From: Trichosphaerium sp. ATCC 40318
Lineage: Eukaryota > Protista > Tubulinea
Assembly: GCA_038496445.1 (NCBI GenBank)
Contig: JALMLS010000179.1
Span: 62,001-126,000, forward strand
Direction of reading: 5' to 3'
Length of the DNA stretch: 64,000 bases
The first letter of the stretch is position 1, and each line of letters starts with the position of its first letter. A program made the translations under genes and the position numbers. The notes beneath the pieces are model-generated. The model did not search any database and was not told where the DNA came from. It saw nothing but the letters and a program-made list of their open reading frames with translations. This document shows positions 50,862 through 63,762 of the stretch, piece after piece.

Positions 50862-53800
50862 TCAAGAGTTCTCCATCTCAATGATACCAGAGCTAGCTGT
50901 TCCAACAGAAGATGATGAATGGTGTTCTCTAGGTGTAGTAGAACCAGATTGATGTAGTTTATCCAAAGTGACGTTATGTAAAGCGCCTAAATTTTCAAAA
51001 CTGAAAGATTTATCTATATCATCTGAACTACCAACACTTGAGTCTGTGCCAGATGACTCTGACCAGTTATCAAGTTGTGCTAAGTAATATATTAGACAAA
51101 TAAAACTTTAAAAAAAAACAAAAACACAGAAATAACAAAATTATCACGTGACAATGAATCGTTAAAACGTGATTTGGGATTTTTCAAAAAAGTGCCGAAA
51201 ATGAGCGGCGAGTGCCACCACCAGCAATGGCTACCATTTAAGGCATTTTTTCAAATATTTTATGATTGTGCGCACATGAATCAAAATAAGATGTGTCTTC
51301 AGCATCCTCAAGGTTAGGTTCGAAACTAGCTTTAGTTGATCGAAGATTTTCCCAATCTACACCTTTGAAAAAAGGATGATACTTTACTTCATGAGCACCC
51401 TGTGACCCTAACCTTTGAGATTGGTTTGGATTCAGTAGTTTCTCTATTAAGTCTCTTCCAGACTTAGATGTGTCACTAGGTAAATCATCCCAAGGAATCC
51501 CTAAAGAACGATAAGAAGTTTGAAAAAAATCTTTAAACGCACGTCGTTGTAAAATGTTCTCAAAGATTTGTTTAGATGTATCAGCATTAAATGGTGGTAC
51601 ACCAGTAAGAAACTCAAATAACATAACACCAAGAGCCCACCAATCTACAGCAACACCATGACCAGTAGCCATAATGACTTCTGGAGCCAAATAATCTAAA
51701 AAATCAAACATAAGAAAATAATAAGAATACAACCAAACAAAATCATACCTGGTGTTCCAACGATTGAATGCCTGCTCCTGACGTTACCTTTTCTGGTACT
51801 TTCTGATCTTCTAGCTAAACTACCATAACGCCTATCAGGTGATATACGTCTGCTTGTAATCTTAGAACCAGGTATATGAGACATAGACTTTGAAAACTGT
51901 GCTTTTGATAAAGTTTTTCTTCTATTAGAATACTTGACTTTTGTTAACATTTTCCCGTTTGGCGGAGGCATCTTTCTATCCTCGTCAGGTGAAAATACAA
52001 CTCTTCTACGGCGAGAAGGTGGTGAGTATACTGTAGACTTTATAGGTGGCGTCTTTGTTCTTAAAATAGGTTGTCCCTCAACATCGTATCCAAGACTTCC
52101 TTCAAGTAATGCATATCGAGAAAGACCAAAATCTGTCAATTTAATATGGCCATCACGACCAATTAAAACATTATCAGGTTTCAGATCTACGTACAAATAA
52201 TTAAGTACTGACTAACAATACAACAAAAACAAAAAAACAACAACTTACCACGATGTGCAATACCCATTTTATGTAGATGTTCTAAAGCCATGACAAGTTC
52301 AGATGCTAAAAAAAAATTGTTAATAATGAATGGACTCTGAACTTGCTCCAAAAAAAAGTGGATTGGCGCTTGCTCTTTTTTTGAAAAAATACAAGATATA
52401 GCTAACACATACTGTAGAACTTTGCCCAACTCTCACCAAGAGAACCCAAATTCTTTAATAAAGCGTATAAATCTCCACCAGGAATATACTCTAAAATCAT
52501 GTACATTCTTTTCTTTGTAGTAAAACTCCATAGTAAATTAACCTAAATTTAAAATTACTACATAATCTTATACACGTTTAAACGTACAAAGTATTCAGAG
52601 CTACAATCAGCCATTATGTTCTTTTCTTGAAGAATATGTGAAAGTTGTTTTTTTCTTTTCATATCGTTCTTCTTCATCACTTTGACGGCGAATAAATCGC
52701 CTGTTTGTTTCTTCCTGTGTAGGTATACCTTACCAAAGGCACCTCTACTTATAGGCTTTACTTTTTCAAAGTCTTTAATACCGACAAGACGTGTTTTTGG
52801 TCTTGGTGTTATCAAAGGTGCATAAGTCATTCCAGGAAAATTTGGTATCTGACGTTTCCTTGCAACGCATTTGAACTTAATTACAACCTGTCTCTGAACC
52901 TTTTCAGCCCATTTATTAATTCTTTGAGAATCAGAAGGTGCATGCCTATAGTTTACTGGTGAGTAGTCAATAAAGGTTGCAAGAAAATCAAAATAAACAA
53001 AAAAACAGAGAAAGTTTTAGGATTAAGTCAAGAAATACACGTTTAGCTCTAGTTGGTTTGTTCGAAATTTCAAAATTCAACGTGTCGATTTAACAGTATA
53101 ATATTAGAGCAAAAAAATGAGAAAAAGGAAAAGGGTAGGTGCTTACTTAATCTGACGAAGTTGTTTTAGATAAACATCAAGTTTTTTCAAACTTATTTCA
53201 GCGTGTGCACGTAATGATAACTCTCTAATTGCATGTAATGTTGTGATTAGATCATCACTACGTTGCTTATTCTCATGATCAGCAACAAATTGTCCAAGCT
53301 CAGTAGCATACTATAAAAAAAAATGATATTAGCTAAATAAATTCCAATTCAAGAAATTTAACTGAAACAGCAACAAAACGACAAAAAGTGAAAATTAGAT
53401 ATCCTCGCAATAAATTCTGATGTCACATAACATTGCTTTAAATAAAACAAGTATTAAAATTCCAAAACAAATAAGAGTCGGCGAGAATATTGAACAACAC
53501 CCAAAAACTTTTTTTTTCAACTTGAAAAACAAAAAAATTTAAAACAACATGCGTGTTGTACCTTTGCTAATTGAAATTCTGCATTTACAATTCGATTCGC
53601 ATATGTCTTACTCATTAGACAGTACTTTGAATGATGTGTCATCTCAGGTTGTCGTATCATCTTTTCACAAATTCGACAAATCATATTCGATGAAATGTGC
53701 GAAGCACTATTATTACGCTCAAGTCGTGGTATAATCTGTGTAGGTGCTACAGGAAGTGTTCCTCGTCTAGCACGACCTTGAGGTACTTTCTTATTCTCTG

Positions 53801-54848
53801 GGCTACTCCTAGAAAGCTTTCTGATAGATCTAAACGAAAAGGAACGTCAGAAAAATCCGGTTTTGTTTGGAACACAAAAGCAAAAAATAATAATAAAAAA
53901 GTACATACGCATTATCGGGTAACAACCTTGGATCCATTCTAGTACGAGGACTAGCCTTCTTATTACGTGGACTACTCTTTTCTTCTATAGAAGACATTGC
54001 ATCAGAAGCCTTTGATCGTCTACTAGCGCTTGACGATCCTCTTCTTCTTCTTGGTGAAGGACTGTCTCTTGGTTTTACCATTTCTATTTTGGTTTGTACC
54101 GACGGAATTGAACGCGCATTAAGCGTTAATTGCTTTCCCGATTTCATAGCTTCGTTTGCAGTCATTTGAACACCAACTGAATTTGCACGTAGTTTTCTTG
54201 GCGTCCTAACGGACATTGTGCTTCTATTACTCTTATATTGCTTATAGTTATTGCTCATATCCTATTAAAACCGTTAGAGAAGTTATTGATACGCTTCTAA
54301 TTTTGTAATTCGTTATAAAGCCAAAAACCCACAAAAAAGGTAGTTGGTATTTGTTGTAGTACCATTAACGCCATTAGAGTATTCCATTTTCCGAGTACCA
54401 TTAGTAATTTGTCTACACGATCACGCGTTTCAACTCCAACCATCCGCAAATGTATAGATTCGATTATTTTTTCAGGTATAAGAACGCATAGGTCGTCATC
54501 GGCGAAACGGGCGTCAAGTTGATCAATTTGCTTACGTAAGCGTTTGTAATGTGGAGAGCGCTGAACCTCTCCAAGCCAAAGACTGCATTGTTTTTTCGTG
54601 TTCGTTAATTCGGGTTGTAGTTGGTCGAATAATTTATGGATAGACATAGCGTCACCAAACTGTGACGTATTAACGCCAGTAGAGAACGACCCTGAATCAG
54701 ATAGCGAAAACTCTGACTCAGAGGCTGAAATAGAGTCTATGTACAGGTTCTTTCTACTTCTACTGTTGCTACGGCGCTTCCGTTTCTTTTTAGATTTAAT
54801 TTTAATAGTTCGCCCCTTCTTGGGCTTCTTTTTACGATTGTGAGACAT
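50862..54848 (-). CDS. AGC kinase, Greatwall/MAST/Rim15-like
   Basis: KPISRGAFGKV, HRDLKPDN, LTDFGLS followed by a long activation-loop insert, IVGTPDYLAPE, and AGC C-tail DTSYF. Confidence 0.9.
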
Positions 54849-54869
54849 ACTGGCTGTACTGGAGTTTAT

Positions 54870-54895
54870 ATTGGTGGTAAGGCCAAGCGGCCAAT
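54870..54895. promoter_or_regulatory. Paired CCAAT boxes in the kinase/COQ6 bidirectional promoter
   Basis: ATTGG at 54870 and CCAAT at 54891 within a 114-bp head-to-head gap. Confidence 0.4.
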
Positions 54896-54962
54896 CAATT
54901 AGGTCTGCCTCACTATTTTTGTAAATGACTTAAGCTACTCAAAATTCTGTACATTTACAGTA

Positions 54963-56873
54963 ACGCTATTCAAGCTGGCCTTACTAAAACGTACCACCAG
55001 GGTAGCTGCGCGTACCCAAGCGGTGAAACCAAAGCGTTTCACTCGCTACTGCGCTTCGACAACTGAAGAGGTATCCTATGATAATAAAAATGCGTATTAA
55101 CATGGTTTAGGAATGTGACGTTGCTGTTATTGGTGCAGGACCTGCTGGTACAATTAAGAACGCTAAAAATATACTAATTACGCATAGGTGCTGCCGTTGC
55201 ATGTGGATTGAGTGCGTAAATTCAGTTTATTTCTGTTTCTCATTTTAACCTACATCAAAACACCTACAAATTAACACAACGGCAGGATACCATCAATCGC
55301 ATTTAAAAGTAGCGCTTATTGACAGGGCACCGGCAAACAGTCAACTCAGACCAGATCATCAACCGCCTTCGTAAGTTCACTGATAGAACGTCAAGAAAAT
55401 TGCTCATGAGCACTAGAGCGCGTATTGTGTCTCTCAACCAAAATACAAAAAGCTTGCTTTCTTCCTTTGGCGCTTGGGAAAAGCTAACACCAGAACGCGT
55501 TGTACCTTTTGAGCGTATGTGCGTATGGGATGAAGATGTAGTGACTTTTGATGGAAGTGACCTTGGTTCTGATCATCTCGGTTGGATGGTACGCAATGAT
55601 GATTTGCAAGCGAGTTTAGACGCAGTGGCATCCTATTTGGATGTAATGTCATATCGACCATCAACCGTTGAAGGTATTCTCCTTTTTTCCTGAATTCTTC
55701 TACCTCCTGCTTCTTAAATTAACCAACACATAGAGCTAACACTCCCTTCAATTGATAAAAACTATGAAAATGAGCCAAGAGGAGATTGGGCACGTATAAA
55801 GTGCGTTCAAGAGATTATTTTCATAGTCATTTAGAATAACTTCTAATCGATACTAGATTAACTCATGATGGTAAGCAAACTACATTGAAAGCACGGCTTG
55901 TCATTGGTGCCGATGGAAAGTTTTCTATGGTAAGAAAAGTCGCCGGTATCCCAGCATCTGGGAAACAGTACAATCAACGTGGTGTTGTTGCAGTACTTAA
56001 CCACTCAGATTTTGGTCATTCCAATACTGCCTTTCAAAGATTCTTGCCTACTGGCCCTCTAGCCCTACTACCGGTGCGAAAACATGCCGAAAGAGTGTAC
56101 ACATCACCTTTTAATAATATTTTTAGACACATGACTCATCATCAGTTGTTGTATGGTCAGTCCCAATATATCAAGGTAAAATGTCTTTTAGGTCTTTTTC
56201 AATTCCATTGCAATTTCTTTTGTGAACTCAGTGTTTTTTAAAGCGGAACACTTGCTCGGTATATCCCCTACAGAATTTTCCTTAGCAGTACAAAAAGCCT
56301 TAACAGAAGGGTTATCAGAATCCACACTCAATCAAGCACGCAAAATGAGTAATTTGATGAAGAAACTTACAAAAAAAATAGATTCAACTGCCAACAAATT
56401 TAACAGGCACTGATGCTCGTAGAGGTGCTTTTCCTCTTTCAAAGATGCATGCTGAGAAGTATGTTGCTCCAAGAATGGCTCTTCTCGGCGATGCAGCCCA
56501 TGTAGTACATCCTCTAGCAGGACAAGGGCTAAACCTTGGTTTTGGCGATGTACAGGCTATGATAGATACACTAGGCGCTGGAATAGCCGCAGGACACGAT
56601 GTCGGTGATGTTGCCGTCCTAACAGACTATCAAACCGCTCGATATGGCACCAACACGGCTATTATTGAAGGTGTCGACGGTTTATCTACTCTTTTTTCAA
56701 ACAGCGTCACACCTTTAAGATATCTGAGAAATTTCGGGTTTAACGTTGTTAACCGACTAGGTGGCGCGAAGGTACGCTACATACTCACTAAACTTTTCTT
56801 GTAACGACCTTTCTAGCAAACATTCTTCGGCGCAGCTTCAGGATCTTCACCAGTAGCGAGCTTGCTCTCTTAG
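54963..56873 (+). CDS. COQ6: Ubiquinone biosynthesis monooxygenase COQ6 (apparent ACG start)
   Basis: DVAVIGAGPAG, MCVWD, LVIGADG, AFQRFLPTGPLALLP, FPL, GDAAHVVHPLAGQGLNLGFGD; Arg-rich presequence. Confidence 0.9.
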
Positions 56874-57284
56874 CACTATTATGTATTCACATGCTCTTAT
56901 TCCCAAATATGTATGAATGACACGAAATCGTCCCGCGGTGCTTGTGTTCGCACAATTACAAGAAATTCATTGACTGACGACGTACAATCACATAAATGGT
57001 TGTGTCGTTGCTATTTGTATGACAAACTACTTTCTGTAGTGCTATAATAAAAAAAAAATAAGAAGTTAAAAGTTCAGTTTCACATTTTTTGTTTTGTCCT
57101 ATAATTTCAAGGTTTCACCTACATCGCACCTCATCTAAACGTAAGTAAACTAAACTTTACACTTCAAGGTACACTATATTATAATAGTGGCTGTATTAGT
57201 TAACAAAACGCGTCACCACGTGACATAAGTTTTTTTCTTTGTTGTTTGTTTTTTCGCGCTCTTCGCACCTAATCACCTCATAGT

Positions 57285-57900
57285 ATGTCTGATTTTCAAA
57301 ACGGTCTTTTTGGTTGCTTCGACGACTTTGGTTTATGTATTATAACGTACGTAGAAAAGAGAATTTTTGGAATAAGTAAATGAGTTTTTATTGAAATTAT
57401 TCCTTTATTTCTTCTTTTACGGATATACTAATTGTCGTTTTAGCTGTTTGATACCAGTATACACCGCTGCGAAAAATAAAGCGAGCGTAGACGAGCGTGA
57501 CTGCACTTTCTGCGATTGTGTATGCTCCCCTAATCCTTACTTCACCAGACAACAAGTCAGAGCGAAATATGGTTTCACAGTACGTTTTTAAACCAAGTGT
57601 CACCTGGAATTTTCGAAACACTTCAGAAATGTTACCTAAAATCTCTGTGTCGCTTATTACACACCAACGCGGTAGAAAAAAGCTTACCAGACGACTTTCC
57701 TTGCCATTCTCCACATCTCGCTAGTTTTTACTCTAATTGTCATTTTAGTTCAATCCTTGTGTTGATTGCCTCCTTGTATTGTTCTGTAATGGTTGTATGA
57801 TTTGCCAGCACAACCGCGAATTGAAAGACAAAGGTAACGGTTTTCTTCAAAAAAACAATCTCAACTCATTTTTTTCTTCATAGGTTCTCCAAACTTGTAA
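57285..57900 (+). CDS. PLAC8 family Cys-rich protein
   Basis: FQNGLFGCFDDFGLCIITC..P, RQQVRAKYG, DC....FC..C..CQHNRELK. Confidence 0.85.
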
Positions 57901-58165
57901 CTGCGTTATCGCCTCCCCACTTGTCATAAATAGAAATAAAACAAAGGTCTTTTACTCCACGCGTCATACTACGAAATCCTGCACGCAATCTCAGAACACA
58001 ACAGCTTCAAAGTTTGTTTTTTGTTCATTTTTTTGATAAATAGCAATTTACATGCGAGCGTTTATTTGTCAGTTTACAATACTTTGTTTTGGGTCTTTAT
58101 CTGTTACATTAATTGCTTCTTACACTCCAAAAGCGAAATTTGCAGACCTCAATAATATTCTCGAT

Positions 58166-58987
58166 TTATTGGTACTTTGTGGCAAAGTTGTTAGGATCTA
58201 CAAAAAAGGCGTCAGCATCTCGTTTATCTCGTGGTTTTTTTGTTGCGGGTTAAGGTGGTTTAAGGCCTAATAACGTACCGTGTTTACACTCTGTGAACAT
58301 GTTGTTAATCCATTGGCAAGAACCAATATCAGTTGAGTTTTGGTCTAGACATTGCATCAAGTTTTGGAATGGTTGAGCGCAAGGGTTCTGTTGGATTTGC
58401 TCGTTCATGCTTTGCTAAACGATTGAAGTAAGTACAAAAAAGGCGTTGAGAGGTGTCACAATTAGAAATTACGTTCGTAATAAAAAGATGAACCGTACCT
58501 CTTGACCTTCAATGCCTGCAGCGCCAGCTTCTCCACCTTCGCTCTTTCCACCGAAAAAGTTATCGTACATGGCGTGGCCCATCATACTTCCGGCCATCTA
58601 ACAATATAATGAGTACAAGGTGTCATCAAAAGCATGGTTAAAAAACTTTACAAAATAACGGTGAACTAAGCTGAAATTGCCAAAAATACGAAACAATGAA
58701 TTCTCGGATAGTTTTTAGGTGAGTTCATGCAAAAATAATGGAATACTAAGGAAATTAGACGTACAGATGCTCCAAGTGTACCGAGCATACCTCCTGCCAT
58801 ACCGCCGCTTGGGGCAGCAGCCGGCGGGTTGGCCGGGTTTTTGTTGTTGCGCATTATTTGTATTAGATTTTGCTTGCCTAGATGATGGCGCAGGGCGCGA
58901 GCGTGATGCTGGTGGAGCTGGTCTGCGTGGTGGCGCTCTTGGTTTCGTTGCAGTTCTTCTTCTTCCGCCTCCTCCTCTACGTGGCAT
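58166..58987 (-). CDS. CHCHD2: CHCHD2/CHCHD10/Mix17 mitochondrial intermembrane-space protein (with an apparent frame break)
   Basis: MPRRG.. N-terminus, AGSMMGHA helix, and twin CX9C (CAQPFQNLMQC, CQWINNMFTEC). Confidence 0.85.
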
Positions 58988-59110
58988 GTTGTTATAGTTA
59001 TAAGGGTTTAGTTTATTTGGAACTGAGCGTTGACTTGTCTTACAGTGTAAAAAAGACGCAGAAGAAAATCCGTGTGAAACTAGGCGAAATTTTGTTTTGT
59101 AACGCGCGCC

Positions 59111-59863
59111 ATGAGTGAACAAGCCGCTCAAGGGCAGCAAAATAACGTTGGGGGTGAAATGCAGAACAATACAGGGGCAGATAAGGTTAAGCAGTCTACC
59201 AAATCCAATAAACGCAAAAATATTCCTCCTTCACACCACTATTTGCCTGTACATAACATAACAAAAGAAATACAGAAAGTTCTGCCAGAACACGCGCGCA
59301 TATCGAAAGAAGCCAAAGTATGTATGTGTGAATGCGCAACTGAATTTATTGGCTTCATAACGGGAGAGGCCGCCGATCGTTGTAGCCAAGAGAAACGTAG
59401 AACCCTAAACGGCGAGGACGTAATCTGGGCCATGCTTACACTCGGTTTTGATGATTACATTGAACCACTTTCTGTTTATCTACGAAATTACAAAGTACCG
59501 TTTGAATACGCGCCGGTATTGTTTTAACGCGTTTAGGAAAACGTACCACGAAAAAAAGGAAGCCAAAAAACCGTTCAGCGTGATTTGAACTTACCAACGC
59601 CTACACCCTCCACACAAGTATGTAAATATGTTGTTCAGTAACAAAATGTCGTGTGGGAACGCTGTCACAGCGTTTCAGCATGCAGAAGCTACCAAATTTT
59701 GTCGCCTTGCTTGTTTATCTAACTAACACTAAATCAATAGCCAACGATAATTGACCTTCCGCAAATGCCTATACAACGTGCTGTTACATCTACAGTTGTA
59801 CCTGATGCCGAAAATATCGTTAACTCAACGCCAGTTGTACAACCAGTGTCCCCACATACATGA
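59111..59863 (+). CDS. NFYB: Nuclear transcription factor Y subunit B-like
   Basis: LPVHNI...LP.HARISKEAK..M.ECATEFIGFITGEA.DRC..EKRRTLNGEDV.WAM..LGFDDY.EPL..YL. Confidence 0.9.
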
Positions 59864-60193
59864 AGAAAATTGTAGTAAAAAAAGCCGTCTGATAGGCTTT
59901 TCGCTACACACTGCATTTGCTCCTTACAAAAAATCCTACGCTGACAGCTGGACGTCATTGCATACCATAACAATCTTCAGAGAACAAAATACTGGTACAT
60001 TCTCTGAAAGCTTCAAAGACGTCAGATTGGATTTGATTGTTTGGAGTTTGGTGTAATGGTTTTTTTTTGGAAAACACGTATTTGTAATTATTGTAATGTA
60101 GTCACCGAAATAGAGGTGTGTTAAGTCTGTATTAGTTGTTAACTTTTCTGTATTTTCTGTACATTAATTTCCATAACTGATTATCAACACAAC

Positions 60194-61493
60194 ATGGCAC
60201 AAAAGGTATATTTGACATACGAGGATATCCACAAGGAGATTCAGAACACTGCTGAGGCCGTAAAGGCTTGGAAACCAGATGTTATGGTATGTTAAGCTAT
60301 CACTGCCTGTATACAGCTACTGTCGCTCTTTTGTACCGTTTCAACGGTGTGTAGAGCTGTATTGTTTATGAGAGAAATATGCTGGAACAAATTACGTACT
60401 ACGCTTGCGTGGTGCTCTTTTCAACCTCGTGAACCCTTTTAATTGGTTTTTAGATCGCAATTGGCGGAGGTGGTTTCATTCCTGCTCGCATTATGCGTAC
60501 TTTCTTGCGTGTACGCTTGGATTTGTTTATTGCACGCTATGTAGTGCTAATGTCAAGTATAGGTGCCAATTGTTGCAGTCGGTCTACGTTTGTACGACGA
60601 CAACGACGAAGCAGCTGCAGTGCCAGAAAAGACACAGGTGCGCATTTCGTAAAAACTAAATGAAATTTGTCACTACAAGAAGCTCACTATCTCTATTAGT
60701 GGTTTGATGATCTCAACCTAAAGAAGATCAAGGGAAAACGTGCTTTGATTGTCGACGAAGTTGATGACACCCGTACCACTCTAGCGTACGTACAAACATT
60801 AAAAACTAGCTAACCTAGCGACAACAAGCGCTTAAGGATACACAAATCATTTCTGGCGTGTTTTTTTTTAACATAAGCTCATTTTCTTTTAAACTGCGTT
60901 GAGGTTATTTAGTTTACCTTGTAGATTACGAATTGAGTATTTTGTTCATTTCTTGTTACACGTTCACTTATTTTTTGCAATTTGTTTGTCTTTTGGTTTA
61001 GATTTCTTCTTATTCTCTTTTAGATACTGCGTAGAGGAGTTAAAGAAGGAAGGTATTACAGATATTGCAATCTTTTGTATCTACAATAAGAATAAGAAAA
61101 AGAGAGCAGAATTACCAAAAGAAGTAGCTTACTTTCCTGGCAAGAACATTGAAGACTTATGGGTACATATTTTTTTTCTTTTTTTTTTTCAAAGCGAAGA
61201 AGATCTTGCACCAACTTGTTATTTTTTATTATTTACCTCTATTTTCAAAGCGCCTATAAATTAACAAGACAAACAGCCTTATATTTGATTATTTTTTTTG
61301 GTGTCAAGTGGACAACGATGTCAATTTGATTGATTTTTTTTTTTTTTGCTTTTTTTTTGTTTGCTTGTTTACGTGTATGTATACTTATGTTTTATCAAAG
61401 GTAAACTTCCCATGGGAAGCAACTGATATTGTTGCACACACCAATGAAGCTAAAAAAGCAACTAACCTTAAAATTTCAGCTGACATGTCCTAA
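60194..61493 (+). CDS. XPT1: Xanthine/hypoxanthine phosphoribosyltransferase (yeast XPT1/HPT1 type)
   Basis: IAIGGGGFIPARIMR, LIVDEVDDTRTTL, FPWE. Confidence 0.88.
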
Positions 61494-62074
61494 GTTATTG
61501 ATCAACAGAATTTTGTACATACAAATTTTTTGTAGAACACAAAGTCGTCAGGAACCCACAAGGTCACCCTTTTATTTTTTTTCAAAATTGTTCATACAAT
61601 AAAAGCGAAGTTGTATCGTACCTCTGACTAGTAGTGATACTAATATATTATACTCTATGACCTTTTATTTTCAGCACTATTGGTTCAATGAATCAGTTTA
61701 AACAGGCTTCTAGAAGTGGATAGGTTTATGGAATTGACCGGATTAATGCAAGTTTTTAAAAAAGAATCTCAACTGTCGGTAACACCATTGTGGTCCACTA
61801 CAAAAACTGTAGATTACAAAGGAAATTTGTACCGTGAAGAGAAATGAAAGTATCTTTACCTAAAATGTCGGATCAAAAGCTTTCCCAACCTTTACAAACT
61901 GTTCATTCCCAACGTTTAACACAAACATAACATTTCGAAACAAAGTCGTTTAAATACAGAGCAAACTTACAATCAATCAGCATAATCTTTCGAAATACAG
62001 TAGACTAAGTAGTTATGTTCTACGATTTAAGAAATATGTTTATTCAAGCAACGAGTGTTGAGCTGAAAGGGATT

Positions 62075-63762
62075 TCAAAAGAATCCAATCCACAAGTGGA
62101 AAATAACAGCTCGTGTTGGTCCTATCCATGCAAAAGGTGTGTAACCTTGACAATAATTACTAAAGGCTTTATCAGTTCTGTTGTCTGTTTCAGCATCAAA
62201 GAAATATTGAGGGTGCGGGTTTGCAAACTTCCATTCAACACTATTAGATAGGAACGCTTGCAAATAGTGATCGCCAATATCCTCATTCTTGAAGGGATCT
62301 ACTTCAGCTATTGCGGCATCAACTAATTCTTTGAATTGATCTTCAATCTTAGATATAAGATGATTGTATTCTTCTTCGTTTTCTTCTTTTTTGTTTTTAC
62401 GTAATATATCATGTACTGTGTAACTTTCAAGAGGTATGAGCTTTCTAAGGGTTCTCAAGGGAAAAGAATCAAATCCTTTAGAGCGAATAGAGTTGTACTC
62501 TTTCCACTCGAAGAACCCTTTTTCTGGAGGTGAAAAATTTATCTTTGAAACTTCATCTGTATCATCAAGACTAGGTTCAATAGAGTCGTCGTTATCTTCC
62601 TCTTCATCATTTTCTTTTGGGTCATAAGGGGTATCACCAGGATACTCAAGGCTTTTCCAGAGGTGGCCGTACTTCTCCAACAACTTTTCTCGGATATCTT
62701 TTGGTGACTTAAGGTATTCGTCATATTTGCACCACATCCTTTCTTTTCTGGGTGTATTTTGTGGTTCAGGTGGGAAATCAGGATATTTCAAATCATGTAG
62801 ATGCGATGGATCCCTTGGCTTGGAGTTGATCTCTACTAATAGTTTTCTTTCTGATATACAATGATTGTACTCATGAATGCGTTGTTCAATATTAAAAGCA
62901 TCAACAAAATCAACTTCATTAATATTATCAAATGCATCATCACCGTGAAAATAGCCAAGCTGTTTAAGATTATCTAAAAACGCTTCATTTTAGCAAGGTG
63001 AAGTGGTGTTTTTTGAGCGAGATTTAATCGAAATGTTTTCTTGTTTTTTTCTTTTTTAAATGTTCAGTTGACTATTCCAAAAATGTGAACATACCTTGAG
63101 TAAATATATCTTCAATATTTTCAATGTTAATATTGTTATACTCATACACTGCAGTGTCTATCAAGTAAAGCGGTCCTTGATCGTTTCCTTTCCCGTACGC
63201 TTTAAAAAGAAAGAAATTAGAACTTTTTTCGAAATGAAATTGAGTGTTCTTAGAAACGTGCAGTGAAGTGTTCTGTACAAATCATGAACAAGCATATGTA
63301 TACGTGGTGTGTAAACTCTGTTCCATACTTTACCATCTTTGAACAATATGGGGCCTTGTTTTTTCAATTTAATCTGAGTATCGAGGTATTTCAGTTTTTT
63401 TGCGAAACTGAGATACCAAGGTTCCTTTTCATCGGTTCTGATTGCTGTAAATAGACATTAGATACACTAGGTATTCCGTTGAAGTACGTTTATCTCCATA
63501 AAGCGCTTTTGTAAGCGGTTTCCATATAGAGTCATCCAAAGCGAGCTTAACTGCCTTTAGCCTTTCTGATATGATTAAAGGATGTACAGTAACGTACTGA
63601 AGCGTATTCTTTACATGTAAGCGCGAAATTACCAACTTCATTTGCTCTAAGATAAGAGAGGACGTTCATCATAGGTAAAGAAGGTACATGCTGTACAGAA
63701 GTGGGCTGGTTATTTGTAATGACAACCGTAGTCTTTATTCGCTTCTCTGGAGCTCCTTGCAT
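62075..63762 (-). CDS. F-box-like protein with an uncharacterised C-terminus
   Basis: LPMMNVLSYL...VGNFALTCKEY motif and a 238-aa terminal ORF. Confidence 0.55.
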
